A stretch of DNA of 64,000 nt from an uncultured Gemmatimonadales bacterium (GCA_963771275.1 CAVYSW010000009.1:312289-376288), one strand, 5' to 3'. Counted from the first letter of the stretch, positions 40,348 through 49,423 are shown. The notes: generated from the sequence alone by a model not told the origin. Translations and numbers: made by a program.

Positions 40348-41020
40348 ATCAAGCGGCCCGCAGATGCACATCCCGCAGCGGCTGATGCTGCGTGGCCTCG
40401 GCATCTTTGCCGTGCTCGTGGCGGTGGGCGCGGCCCTCAGCCTCGTCCCCCCCCGGGCCCGCGCGAGCCGTGACACCGCCCCCTGGACGGGCACGGCCGG
40501 GGTCATCAGCCAGCTCCGCACGTCGCTCCAGGCGAAGTCGGGTGAGCTCGAAATCAAGGACATCGAGCTCGAGCGCGCCCAGGACATCATCGCCTTCTCG
40601 GCGCACTTTCAGATCCCCGCGGACCTGGCCACGCTCATCTACGACGAGGCGTTGGCCGCCGGGCTGAGCCCGGGCCTCGCTTTCGAGATCGTGCGGATCG
40701 AGAGCCGCTTCAATCCCCGCGCCGTGAGTCGGGTCGGCGCGCTGGGGCTGACGCAGATCATGCCCGCCACCGCCGCGTTCTACGACTCGGTCGGGTCGGT
40801 CCAGGAACTGCTGGACCCGCGGACCAACGTCCGCGTGGGGTTCCGGTTCTTCCGGGACCTGCTGGAGCGGTTCAACGGGGATCTGCGCATGGCCCTGCTG
40901 GCGTACAACCGGGGTCCGGGGCGCGTGGCCGACCTGCTCGCGCGCGGGCGGAGTCCGGCGAACGGCTATGCGCAGTCGGTTATCGTGGGGTACAAGATGG
41001 GGGGCAGCCCGCCCCCGTGA
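40334..41020 (+). CDS. Lytic transglycosylase (SLT domain), membrane-anchored
   Basis: The SLT catalytic block is VRIESRFNPRAVSRVGALGLTQIMPATA...AYNRG. It has an N-terminal TM segment. The start is uncertain (40334, 40337 or 40364). Confidence 0.8.
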   Translation: MMTGRSSGPQMHIPQRLMLRGLGIFAVLVAVGAALSLVPPRARASRDTAPWTGTAGVISQLRTSLQAKSGELEIKDIELERAQDIIAFSAHFQIPADLATLIYDEALAAGLSPGLAFEIVRIESRFNPRAVSRVGALGLTQIMPATAAFYDSVGSVQELLDPRTNVRVGFRFFRDLLERFNGDLRMALLAYNRGPGRVADLLARGRSPANGYAQSVIVGYKMGGSPPP

Positions 41021-41026
41021 GCCGCG

Positions 41027-42544
41027 TCAGGGCCCGGCGACGCGCAGCCGCTGCCCGACCTTCACCAAGTCACCGTCCACATCGTTCCACTGCCGCAGAT
41101 CGGCGACCCGGACCCCGTAGCGCCGGGCGATCGTCCACAGGGAGTCCCCCGCCCGCACCGTGTGGTAGCGGGTTGTCGTCGCGGCCGCCACGCGCGCGCT
41201 GACGACGGGCCGGGGACGTCGCCCGCTGGCGATGTCACGCCGCGCCGCCGCACTCACGGGAATCGTGAGGCGCTGACCAATCGAGAGCCGTGTCGCCCTC
41301 ACGCTGGGGTTGGCCGCCTTAAGCAGGTCCAGGCTCACCCGGTACCGCGCGGCGATCCCCGACAGCGTCTCGCCCCTGGTCACCCGGTGGTCGAGGAACG
41401 AGACGCGCTCGCTCGCCGGCAGCGCGGCCCAGCTCTGCGCCAACCGCGGACCCGTGCCGAGCGGCACGCGCACCGTCACCGCCCGGTTTGGAGGGGTCAC
41501 GCCGCGGTAGAACTGGGGGTTCAGCTCCACCAGCGCCGCGGTCGTGGTATCCGCGAGGCGCGCCAGCACGTCGAGGCCGGTGGCGTCGGTCACGTGGACC
41601 TCGTCGAACTGGAACGGCTGGAGCGCCGGCAACGTGTCGAACCCGTAGCGCGCGGGCTCTTTCGCGATCAACGCGGCGGCGATCAGCTTGGGCACGTAGT
41701 CGCGCGTCTCGCGCCGCAGGTACCGCTTGTCATACAGCGCGAAGAACGTGGAGTCGGTGGGTGACTCGCCCGCGTCACCGGGAAGCCGCTTCAGGCCCCG
41801 GGTGATGCGTCCCGCACCGGCGTTGTAGGCGGCGGCGGCGAGATACCACGATCCGAACGCCTCGTTCAGGTCCGCCAGATGGCGGGCCGCTGCGTCCGTG
41901 GCCTTGAACGGATCGCGGCGCTCGTCCACCCAGGCGTCCTGCGCGAGTCCGTACTTCCGGCCCGTCCCGGCGATGAACTGCCACATGCCCACGGCCCGGG
42001 CGTGGGACACCGCCGTATTCGAGTAGCCGCTCTCGATCAGGGCGAGATAGACCAGATCCTCGGGCACCCCGTACCGCCGCAGCCGCTCCCGGATCAGGTC
42101 CTCGTAGCGCGGCAGGCGGGTCAGCCAGATGGCGAACCGGTCTCGCGCGGGCCCGAGGAAGAAATCCACATAGTACTGCACCCGGTTGTGATCGGCGAAC
42201 GACTCGACATCGATGTCGTAGGCCGGGCTCGCCGCGCTGTCGCCGGCGTCCCCCGCGCCGAACAACTGCGCGGTCTGCGCGTGCTCCGCATCCTGTTGCG
42301 CGGGATGGGCGGTGTCCGCGGCGGCGGTGTGGAACTCGAGCGCCGCGAGGGCCTCCAGCGCTTGCCGGTCGGCCGCCGAGTCGTCCGACGCGGCTGGGGG
42401 ACCCGCGAGGCCCGCCGCCGCTCCGGAGTCGGCTGCCGCAGGACCCGGCTCGGGCCCGGGGGCTTCGAACGCGACGGGATGGGCGCAGGCCGCCGCGACG
42501 ACCGCCATCGTCCCGAGTGCCAGTCGGCGCAGGAAGGCAGTCAT
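41027..42544 (-). CDS. MltD-like membrane-bound lytic murein transglycosylase with two C-terminal LysM domains
   Basis: Signal/lipoprotein-like N terminus. The SLT block is [24 protein letters not shown]...AAYNAG. The LysM repeats are [28 protein letters not shown] and [27 protein letters not shown]. Confidence 0.85.
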   Translation of the reverse strand: MTAFLRRLALGTMAVVAAACAHPVAFEAPGPEPGPAAADSGAAAGLAGPPAASDDSAADRQALEALAALEFHTAAADTAHPAQQDAEHAQTAQLFGAGDAGDSAASPAYDIDVESFADHNRVQYYVDFFLGPARDRFAIWLTRLPRYEDLIRERLRRYGVPEDLVYLALIESGYSNTAVSHARAVGMWQFIAGTGRKYGLAQDAWVDERRDPFKATDAAARHLADLNEAFGSWYLAAAAYNAGAGRITRGLKRLPGDAGESPTDSTFFALYDKRYLRRETRDYVPKLIAAALIAKEPARYGFDTLPALQPFQFDEVHVTDATGLDVLARLADTTTAALVELNPQFYRGVTPPNRAVTVRVPLGTGPRLAQSWAALPASERVSFLDHRVTRGETLSGIAARYRVSLDLLKAANPSVRATRLSIGQRLTIPVSAAARRDIASGRRPRPVVSARVAAATTTRYHTVRAGDSLWTIARRYGVRVADLRQWNDVDGDLVKVGQRLRVAGP

Positions 42545-42981
42545 CGCACGTCTCGCAGGAAGATGTTACCCATGATCCGGTTGGTCGCGTTCAGCACGGC
42601 GACCGCCGCGCCCCGCGCCGGGTCCTGATCGGCGAGAAACGAGCCCACGAGGCGGTGGGGCGAGCCGTCCGCCTTGGAAACGATGGAGACGATCAGCACA
42701 ATGGTGTCGAACGCCCGGATCGCCTTGACCCCCAGGAGCTCGAAGGCCACCTGCCCGGGGGCGGACAGCTCGATGGCGCGCAGCGTGGCCTCCGCGGCGC
42801 AGCGCAGCTCGCCCGCATCGGACGCCAGCCCGTCGGCGGTCCCCACCCAGCGCTGGCCCGGGCCGAGTTCCAGCGCGACCTCCGCCCGGCACTGGCCGCT
42901 CGGCAGCCGGTCGAAGGCGAAGCCGACGAACCGCAGGCGCTCCCGGTGGGTCCGTTCCTGCCCGTCGTACGACATGGTCAA
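42541..42981 (-). CDS. Hypothetical protein (146 aa), no recognisable motif
   Basis: The ORF has ATGA overlaps at both ends, with the MltD-like gene downstream and an 84-aa ORF upstream. Its amino-acid composition is protein-like. It shows a possible beta-beta-beta-alpha pattern ([26 protein letters not shown]). Confidence 0.55.
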   Translation of the reverse strand: MTMSYDGQERTHRERLRFVGFAFDRLPSGQCRAEVALELGPGQRWVGTADGLASDAGELRCAAEATLRAIELSAPGQVAFELLGVKAIRAFDTIVLIVSIVSKADGSPHRLVGSFLADQDPARGAAVAVLNATNRIMGNIFLRDVR

Positions 42982-43232
42982 TCGGCCCTGCCGAATTCAA
43001 CTTCGAGTTGGCCCGGCATCGACTCCTCCGCCCCACGCAGCAGGTCGGCATCGAGCCGCGGCCGGCCACTGGCGTCTTGCCCCAGAGAGATCAGTAGGGT
43101 CTGCCCGTCGTCCAGCGTCACGCGCAGCTGGCGGCAGTCGGACCGCAGTACGACATCGAGCACCATCCGGTCGCGGAGATGGGCCACCGCGTCGGCGATG
43201 CGCCGCAAATCGTGGACCGACGTGAGGGGCAC
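42978..43232 (-). CDS. Hypothetical small protein (84 aa)
   Basis: GTG start preceded by GAGG 6 nt upstream. Its stop overlaps the next start (ATGA). Confidence 0.5.
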   Translation of the reverse strand: MPLTSVHDLRRIADAVAHLRDRMVLDVVLRSDCRQLRVTLDDGQTLLISLGQDASGRPRLDADLLRGAEESMPGQLEVEFGRAD

Positions 43233-43253
43233 GAACGACCTCGCCGCGACGGT

Positions 43254-43499
43254 TCAGGACAGGTGCCGGCTGAGTACCTCGTGCAGCACCTCGTCCGGGA
43301 TCTTCTCCGCCTGGGTGAAGAGCGACGACTTGGACGAGGACTCGAGGGGAAAGGATGCCCACAGACACCTGCTTGTCCCGCCGTTTCTGGAAGCCCTGAA
43401 GGAGAGCATCAACTGCCACGTCACCTGGTTGGCGCGCCGCTCTGCGGCGGGGTGTACGTGCCAAACCTCGCCCTCTCGTGACAGGATTCTCCAGGCCAT
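43254..43499 (-). CDS. Hypothetical small protein (81 aa)
   Basis: Internal Met MAWRILSREGEVWHV of track ORF 43254..43967, preceded by AAGGAG 9 nt upstream. It lies 21 nt upstream of the next ORF. Confidence 0.45.
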   Translation of the reverse strand: MAWRILSREGEVWHVHPAAERRANQVTWQLMLSFRASRNGGTSRCLWASFPLESSSKSSLFTQAEKIPDEVLHEVLSRHLS

Positions 43500-43727
43500 C
43501 GCGCACCGCTCCTTGCCGGCAGTCCGTCGCACAAACCGCGGGGGGCCGTCAAAGATGGGCCGACCCCGCGAGACGGTCAAGAGAGCGCGTCGCCGCGCGC
43601 CGGCTGTCTTGTCGCCAATATGCCCGCGTCCGCGCCGTATCGGTGTGACACCGGTCACCTGGCGTCCGCCCGGCGCCGCCGCGAAACTTCCGGCCCTGGG
43701 CTTCGTCGGGACAGGAGGGAGGATACC

Positions 43728-44006
43728 ATGCTCGAGATCATGCTGCTCGCCGGGACGGGCGCCGTTACCCTGTTTGGCTACCTCAAGGCGCGGAGCTTCG
43801 TGCGCGAGCGGCTCCGCTTCGTAGACGCGGCGCACAAGCCGGGCACGCCAGTCGTGGCCGGCGCGGCGGCGGCGCTGGCCGCCGGCCCGGTGGTGTGGCT
43901 GCTCCCGTTCGTGGGCGCACCCACGGCCCTGATCTTCGGCATCGGCGTGGGCTGGGGCGTCTATCACGGGTCGCGCGACGTGCGGAAGCGCCTGCCGGGC
44001 GGCTAG
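43728..44006 (+). CDS. Small membrane protein (92 aa, two predicted TM helices)
   Basis: ATG at 43728 preceded by a strong AGGAGGGAGG. The hydrophobic segments are MLEIMLLAGTGAVTLFGYL and AALAAGPVVWLLPFVGAPTALIFGIGVGWGVY. Confidence 0.55.
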   Translation: MLEIMLLAGTGAVTLFGYLKARSFVRERLRFVDAAHKPGTPVVAGAAAALAAGPVVWLLPFVGAPTALIFGIGVGWGVYHGSRDVRKRLPGG

Positions 44007-44090
44007 GTCTCCTCCGCCGGCTGTCGGCCCGGCCGGCCCGTGGAGCTTCCAGGACGACCCTTCGGGGCAAGGCTACCGGCGGGGGCGGCA

Positions 44091-44163
<73 letters not shown>

Positions 44164-44225
44164 GCGGCGCTGCCGGGACGTTACCTGCCGCCGTCCCGGC
44201 TCGCAATCCCGGCCGTCGAACGCCT

Positions 44226-44268
44226 GGGGGGCGCGTAGCGGCCGGTCTCCGGTCGCCACGCGCCCCCC
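44226..44268 (-). terminator. GC-rich hairpin between the pilin-operon end and tRNA-Lys
   Basis: GGGGGGCGCGT / ACGCGCCCCCC forms a perfect 11-bp stem around a 21-nt, partly self-pairing loop. There is no clear U tract, so its terminator function is only inferred from position. Confidence 0.35.
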
Positions 44269-44288
44269 TCGCGATCCCCCGCCGGCGT

Positions 44289-46076
44289 CTAGTTCCCCGG
44301 AGGGGTCAGCAGCTGGAAGTAGTTGGCCACGTTGAAGCCCACCGGGTCGACCTCGAAGTACCGGCCGCGCGCGAACACCCCGGTCGTCGGGAAATACGGC
44401 GGCGGATCGGTGAAGGCGCACGCGTCGTACGAGTACCGCTTGAGGTAGCCGGTGCCGGCCGTCGTGCCCACCGCGCCGCGGGTCGATTGGATGATACCGC
44501 CCGTGAGGTACAGGCAGCCTCGACCCCACGACGTCGTCCCGCACGGCTCGCTGGACGTGGCGCCCGCGTCGTAGTTCTCCACCGTGAAGTTGCTGAGCGC
44601 CAGCACGACGCCCTGGATGAACTCGTCTCGCGTCTCGTCGAACGTGTAGTAGTTGCTCGACGAGGAGACCGCCTGGAGCGGGCTGTTGATCGTGTTGTCG
44701 GCCACGACGACGTCGGTGCCGCTGAACAGCCCCATGATGTCGTTGCAGGTTCCGGCGCCGGGATCGGTGGCGTAGGTCAGGTCGTCGCCGATGATGATGT
44801 CGCTGGTGGCGGCCACCGTGACCCGGCCGCGCAGCACGCCGCTCAGCACGACCTTGCCCTGCACGAAGATCACGCCCTTGAAGTTGGGATTGAGCTCGCG
44901 CGTGATCGGGAACAAGTACTGCTTGTCGGCGCGGGCGGCGAGGAGGCCGCTCACCGCACCCGGCCAGGCCAGCCACTGCCCCTTCGTATCGACCGCCTGG
45001 AACCCACCCGAGAACGCGTCCGCGCCGCCGAGCAGGCAGCGCCGGCCGCTGCCGGTGAGCGCGACAATGTACGAGTCGGTCCCGGTGCTGCTCGTGTGGG
45101 CCTTCGCCGACTTGAGCGTGTCGCCGTGGAAATGCCCGCAGTTGAGCGAGTTCCGCAGCCGGATGTCGGGGCTGCCGCTGGTGTAGTCGGAGGGGATGTC
45201 CGCCGTGACCCAGCCGGCGTCGCTGGACTGGTAGACCCGGATGAAGCCCTCGTTGGTGCCGTTCACCTCGCCGTCGCCGTTCAAGTCGATCGCGACGAAC
45301 TCGATCCGCGTGGTCGCCTGGCCAACCGCCCCGTTGGTGTTCCCGACGAACGCGGTGTTACCCGCCTGGGCCTGCGTCTGGAGCTTGAGCAGGTCGGCCG
45401 TCTGGGGCATCTCGATGCGCCGGACGTGCTCGGTATACCCCTGCGCGAAGGTGCCGTACTGGGCCCCCTCCACGGTCTTCGCCGTCGTCACGGGGCCGAA
45501 GAAGGTGGCGCCCGACGAGTAGATCTTGAGATAGTCGTTGGTGTGCACCGGCCCGAAGATCTGGTCGCCGCCGCCGAACGAGATGTTCGACGGCTCGATG
45601 TCGGTGAAGTAGGCGTACTTGGCGAAGCTCTCCTGCACGATCTCCCCGCGGCGGACGACCGTGTTGCCGAACCGGTCGCGGGCAATCGAGACCGCGCTGC
45701 CGAACACGCCGTATTGTCCCGACGTGATGCCCGTCGGGCCAACGTAGACCGAGCGGGTCACGTTGGGAATCACGGTCCCGCCGGCGTCCGTGACCGTCGC
45801 GTCCTGCTCGAGCGTGGTATAGCCCGAGGCGGGGTAGATGGCCGGTGTGCCGTTGACCCGCGAGCGCGCAATCTCGATCCCCGCGTCCGCGACCGATTCG
45901 AGCGACAGCTCGCGGTCGGTGTTGCGGTTCACCATCGCGCTCGTCATGCTCAGCAGCACGGCGGTGGTCGAGAGTACGGCCACCACGAGCGCCACGTACA
46001 GCACCGTGATCAGCGCGACCCCGCGCTCGTTCCGGATGCAATGTGTCCACGACATAGGTTTCCTCCGTCCAATCAT
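44289..46076 (-). CDS. Large PilX-like type IV pilus minor-pilin-associated protein
   Basis: The N-terminal PilX_N-like segment is ERGVALITVLYVALVVAVLSTTAVLL. It is followed by about 550 aa including DLNGDGEVNGTNEG (Ca-binding-like) and beta-helix-like repeats. The start is either 46076 (ATGA overlap with the upstream gene) or 46055 (GGAGGA 5 nt upstream). Confidence 0.75.
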   Translation of the reverse strand: MIGRRKPMSWTHCIRNERGVALITVLYVALVVAVLSTTAVLLSMTSAMVNRNTDRELSLESVADAGIEIARSRVNGTPAIYPASGYTTLEQDATVTDAGGTVIPNVTRSVYVGPTGITSGQYGVFGSAVSIARDRFGNTVVRRGEIVQESFAKYAYFTDIEPSNISFGGGDQIFGPVHTNDYLKIYSSGATFFGPVTTAKTVEGAQYGTFAQGYTEHVRRIEMPQTADLLKLQTQAQAGNTAFVGNTNGAVGQATTRIEFVAIDLNGDGEVNGTNEGFIRVYQSSDAGWVTADIPSDYTSGSPDIRLRNSLNCGHFHGDTLKSAKAHTSSTGTDSYIVALTGSGRRCLLGGADAFSGGFQAVDTKGQWLAWPGAVSGLLAARADKQYLFPITRELNPNFKGVIFVQGKVVLSGVLRGRVTVAATSDIIIGDDLTYATDPGAGTCNDIMGLFSGTDVVVADNTINSPLQAVSSSSNYYTFDETRDEFIQGVVLALSNFTVENYDAGATSSEPCGTTSWGRGCLYLTGGIIQSTRGAVGTTAGTGYLKRYSYDACAFTDPPPYFPTTGVFARGRYFEVDPVGFNVANYFQLLTPPGN

Positions 46077-47245
46077 GGCGCCACGACCGGCCCGGCCAGG
46101 GCCATGGTCGACTGCGACGGCGTACAATCCTGCGCGGCCAGGGCATACTGATAGGCCTGTCCCGTGACCGCGGCCTCGTCGTCCCATGTGTAGCTTGCAC
46201 TCCCCGCGGGCACGCTGCGGTACGGATCGCCCCACTCGACTTCGCCCAGCAACCGCCGCCACAGCACGTAGCGCACCACGTCCCGCTCGCCTCCGGTCTC
46301 GTCGACCGCCGCGTTCCAGGTGAGCCGGATGGCGGGGTCGCCCGAGGCCAGCACGATGGGCGCCGCGACGAGCGGGTTGCCCAGGATCGGCTCGTCCCCG
46401 CAGGTCTGGCGCGTGCCGAAGCCGGCGTTGGGGAACCGGACGAGGCGCGTGAGCGCGCCGCGCCGCTCGCGCGCGCCCGTGAGCCCGTTGGTCGCGGTGA
46501 AGCTGATCTGGACACCCCGGAGGCTGTCGATCCGTGCCGCCGGGCCCGTGTCCGCGGGCGACATGTGCATGCTGACCGAGTGCATGAGCGGGATCTCGCC
46601 GCTCGGGACCAGGGCGATGAAGGCCGGCGCGTTGTTCGGCGTGCGCAGCCGGTAGTACTGGAAGAACGGCACGCCCGGGGTCTGCAGCAGGTTGCGCGCG
46701 ACCATCGCCCGCGCCTGGTTGTTCACCTGGCGGTACAGGATGTAGTCATCCGTGCGGGCGGTGGTGGCGTCCGGCGTGAAGTAGAAGATCAGCAGCTCCG
46801 CCGGACTGTTGGCGCCCTGGTACGTGTAGTTCACGGCGGGGTACTGGAAGGTCGTGCCGGGCAGCGTGATCTGCTGCGCCGTGCGCAGGGCGGTCACGGC
46901 CCCGGTGGGCGCGTCGGGATCGTGGTACACGGCCCACGCGTCGTTCACGACGTTGGTGGCGTAGTCGCCGTTGAACGCGAGGATGCTCGCGCCGACGTAC
47001 ACCAGCTGAGGCTGCTGGTCGGGCACATTGGAGCCGGCGGTGCGCAGGTCGTTGCCCAGCGTGGTGGCCGCGAACCGCAGGTTCTGCAGCACGTCCATCC
47101 GCTCGCTGCCGAGGCGGAACGCCGCTCCCTGGCGCCCGAGGAACGTCAGCGCCGAAGCCAGGACGATCGAGAACACCACCAGGGCGACCAGCATCTCGAT
47201 CAGCGTCATGCCGCGCGCGTCGCGGCGCCGTGCGATCGTCGTCAT
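46073..47245 (-). CDS. PilW-like minor pilin (prepilin-type N-terminal methylation motif) with a C-terminal FN3-like domain
   Basis: The prepilin motif is RGMTLIEMLVALVVFSIVL. The C-terminal part follows an FN3-like pattern (IRLTWNAAVDE...VVRYVLWRR...YTWDDEAAVTGQAYQYALAAQDC). Confidence 0.8.
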   Translation of the reverse strand: MTTIARRRDARGMTLIEMLVALVVFSIVLASALTFLGRQGAAFRLGSERMDVLQNLRFAATTLGNDLRTAGSNVPDQQPQLVYVGASILAFNGDYATNVVNDAWAVYHDPDAPTGAVTALRTAQQITLPGTTFQYPAVNYTYQGANSPAELLIFYFTPDATTARTDDYILYRQVNNQARAMVARNLLQTPGVPFFQYYRLRTPNNAPAFIALVPSGEIPLMHSVSMHMSPADTGPAARIDSLRGVQISFTATNGLTGARERRGALTRLVRFPNAGFGTRQTCGDEPILGNPLVAAPIVLASGDPAIRLTWNAAVDETGGERDVVRYVLWRRLLGEVEWGDPYRSVPAGSASYTWDDEAAVTGQAYQYALAAQDCTPSQSTMALAGPVVAP

Positions 47246-47622
47246 GGAGCAGCCACCGTCGTCGTGCGGGTGATGGGCGTCGTCACGCCCGGTCCTGTCA
47301 CCGTCACCGTCACCACCTTGTAGTCCGTCGCCTGCCCCGTCCCGCCGATCTGCGTGACCTGGGTCACCCGGGTGTAGCCGGGCAACGCCGGCAGGTTGTT
47401 CTCGGTTCCCGCGTACGTGGCCGCGAGCCCGGCGTAGTCCGGGTCCATCTGAATCACCTGGAGGCGGTCCTGCGCGAGCTGCGTCGCCGTCGCGCGGGTT
47501 CCCTCCTGGGCCGTCTGTCGGACGAATGAGCCCGTCGCGCTCCCCATCGCGAGCACGACGACGAGCAGGATCACCAGGGCGATGATCACCTCGATCAGCG
47601 TAAAGCCGCGACGGTTCGTCAT
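47242..47622 (-). CDS. PilV-like type IV pilus modification/minor pilin protein
   Basis: 126 aa with the prepilin motif RRGFTLIEVIIALVILLVVVLAM. Its stop overlaps the pilW-like start (ATGA). Confidence 0.8.
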   Translation of the reverse strand: MTNRRGFTLIEVIIALVILLVVVLAMGSATGSFVRQTAQEGTRATATQLAQDRLQVIQMDPDYAGLAATYAGTENNLPALPGYTRVTQVTQIGGTGQATDYKVVTVTVTGPGVTTPITRTTTVAAP

Positions 47623-48203
47623 CAGAACCCCCTGATCCAGCCGTTGTTGTAGCGGTACCAGGACGTCCGCCCCGTCGACCGCTCGACCTCGAGCAGTCGC
47701 GTATCCGTCGCCAGGCCCGTCAGCACGGCGCGCCGCGAGGTGAGGTAGACGCCGCCGTACTCGCTGGCGCTGCCGTTGCGGTGGAACGTGACCGACGGAA
47801 GCCCGTCGCGCACCTGGGCGAAGGTGACCGCCGCCGCACCCACCGCATGAGCTGGCGCGCCCGCCCGGCCGAGCACGACCAGATCGCCCAGGTCGCGTCG
47901 GGTGGCGGCCTCGCCCCCGTCGATCACGCCGTTGTTGTTCGCGTCCTGATGCACCCGGACCGTGTTGGTCGCCTGGTCGAACCCGACGATGACGTCGAAC
48001 TGCCGGGTCGCGGCGAGACGCTGGGCGCCGAGCAGCACCATACCGGTGCTCTGCATGGCACCATCGACGCGATACCGTGTGAGGTCAATCTTCGGGATGG
48101 CGATGCTGGCGACGATCCCGATGATCGTCACCACGATCAGCAGCTCGACCAGCGTGACGCCGCTCGAGCCGCTCAGCCGTTTCATCGCAGACCGCTGTTG
48201 CAT
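47622..48203 (-). CDS. GspH/FimT-family pseudopilin (minor pilin)
   Basis: 193 aa with the prepilin motif SGVTLVELLIVVTIIGIVASIAIP. It is the first gene of the four-gene pilin operon. Confidence 0.8.
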   Translation of the reverse strand: MQQRSAMKRLSGSSGVTLVELLIVVTIIGIVASIAIPKIDLTRYRVDGAMQSTGMVLLGAQRLAATRQFDVIVGFDQATNTVRVHQDANNNGVIDGGEAATRRDLGDLVVLGRAGAPAHAVGAAAVTFAQVRDGLPSVTFHRNGSASEYGGVYLTSRRAVLTGLATDTRLLEVERSTGRTSWYRYNNGWIRGF

Positions 48204-48925
48204 CCTGTCCGCCTCCGGTGCTCAATGCCTCCGGTCAACCTGCCGCCGGGCCCCAGCCCACTCCACACGAGCGTGATGCCCCGCCTGCCATGCTTCGCAG
48301 TTTGCCCGTTTTCGGCGGTTCCCGGAAGGGCCACCCCCAACCGGCTCGCAGCGATGATGGTGCAACGGGCGTGCCCTCACCGCACCGACGTGCCAACCGT
48401 GCGTGTCGCACGGAGTTCGCCCTCCTCGTGTGGAGCCAACGCGCGCGCGCCCCGCCGCAGCTTGCAGGCCGAGTCGTGGGCGATGCCAATTCCTGCAGGC
48501 CCGCGCGATTCGGTTCGTGACGTGCGTCACGGAGCGGTCCCATCCGCACGACGCGAGCGGGCGTCGTCACCGCGCCCGCTCCACACCCGCTGCCCCACCC
48601 CGGCCCTCGACGCGACGCGAGGACCGCCGCCGTCCACCCCTGCGTTGTCCGTCAACAGCACGATGACGAGCGTCGCCGCGTGGCCCGGTGCGGAGAGCAT
48701 CGAAACGCCGGCCGCCAGCGCCACCATGATCACCGTCGGTCGCGGGCCGCCTGGTCCCCCCAAGGCGCCGTTCCTGCGCCACAGGAAAGGTCGGTCCGGC
48801 GGGGACACCACACAAGCGGCGCACCGTGCGACGGGCGTTGTACGGCCACGCGGCGGGTCTCCCAGAGGGGAACGCACCCCCTCCGCGGGGGAGCGCGGGC
48901 CCCGCTCCCGAGGGGGGATCACCGT

Positions 48926-48961
48926 TTTCAGAGGGAAAACCCTCTTGTTTCAGAGGGAAAA
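48926..48961 (+). repeat. 14-nt direct repeat TTTCAGAGGGAAAA x2 (22-nt register) containing the hairpin AGAGGG-AAAA-CCCTCT
   Basis: Seen directly in the sequence. The copies are at 48926-48939 and 48948-48961, and the hairpin at 48930-48945 is followed by TGTTT. It lies about 65 nt upstream of the SWIB gene start. Confidence 0.6.
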
Positions 48962-49025
48962 ACACTTACTTTGGGCGCATGTAGCGGCTGGTTGTACCGA
49001 CTTTCACCCATCTCGCGAGGTGACC

Positions 49026-49310
49026 ATGGCTGCGAAGAAGAAGGCCAAGAAGACCAAGCGGAAACCCAATGCCGCGTTCATGAAGCCGGTCATGCCGGAC
49101 GCCAAGCTCTCTGAAGTCGTCGGGGCGAAGGCGATGCCGCGCACGGAGCTCACCAAGAAGCTGTGGGCCTACATCAAGCGGAAAGGCCTGCAGGACAAGA
49201 AGAACAGACGGATGATCAACGCCGATGACGCCTTGAAGGCGGTGTTCAACGGCAAGTCCCAGGTGAGCATGTTCGAGATGACGAAGCTGGTCAGCAGGCA
49301 CGTGAAGTAG
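49026..49310 (+). CDS. SWIB/MDM2-domain protein with a Lys-rich N-terminal tail
   Basis: Internal Met MAAKKKAKKTKRKPN of track ORF 47781..49310. The SWIB core is MPRTELTKKLWAYIKRKGLQDKKNRRMINADDALKAVF. Confidence 0.85.
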   Translation: MAAKKKAKKTKRKPNAAFMKPVMPDAKLSEVVGAKAMPRTELTKKLWAYIKRKGLQDKKNRRMINADDALKAVFNGKSQVSMFEMTKLVSRHVK

Positions 49311-49423
49311 CCGGCCCTGCCCGCGAGTGGGCGGGACAGGTCGAGCGGTGAGTCCAGCGGAGCGGAAGGCAGCAGGGTAGCGCAGGCACAGCAAGCTCTC
49401 CCATTGCATCACCAGCCCTACAT

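Noticed and set aside
48781-48800. AGGAAAGGTCGGTCCGG resembling the RNase P RNA P4 motif (GGAAAGTCCGG), and CCCGGAAGG near 48320 resembling an SRP RNA motif
   Set aside because: These are only short partial matches. I could not trace the remaining conserved helices or a 3' P4 partner (ACAGAA…), nor the SRP GGAA/AGCA symmetric loop. I treat them as chance matches until an Infernal scan says otherwise.
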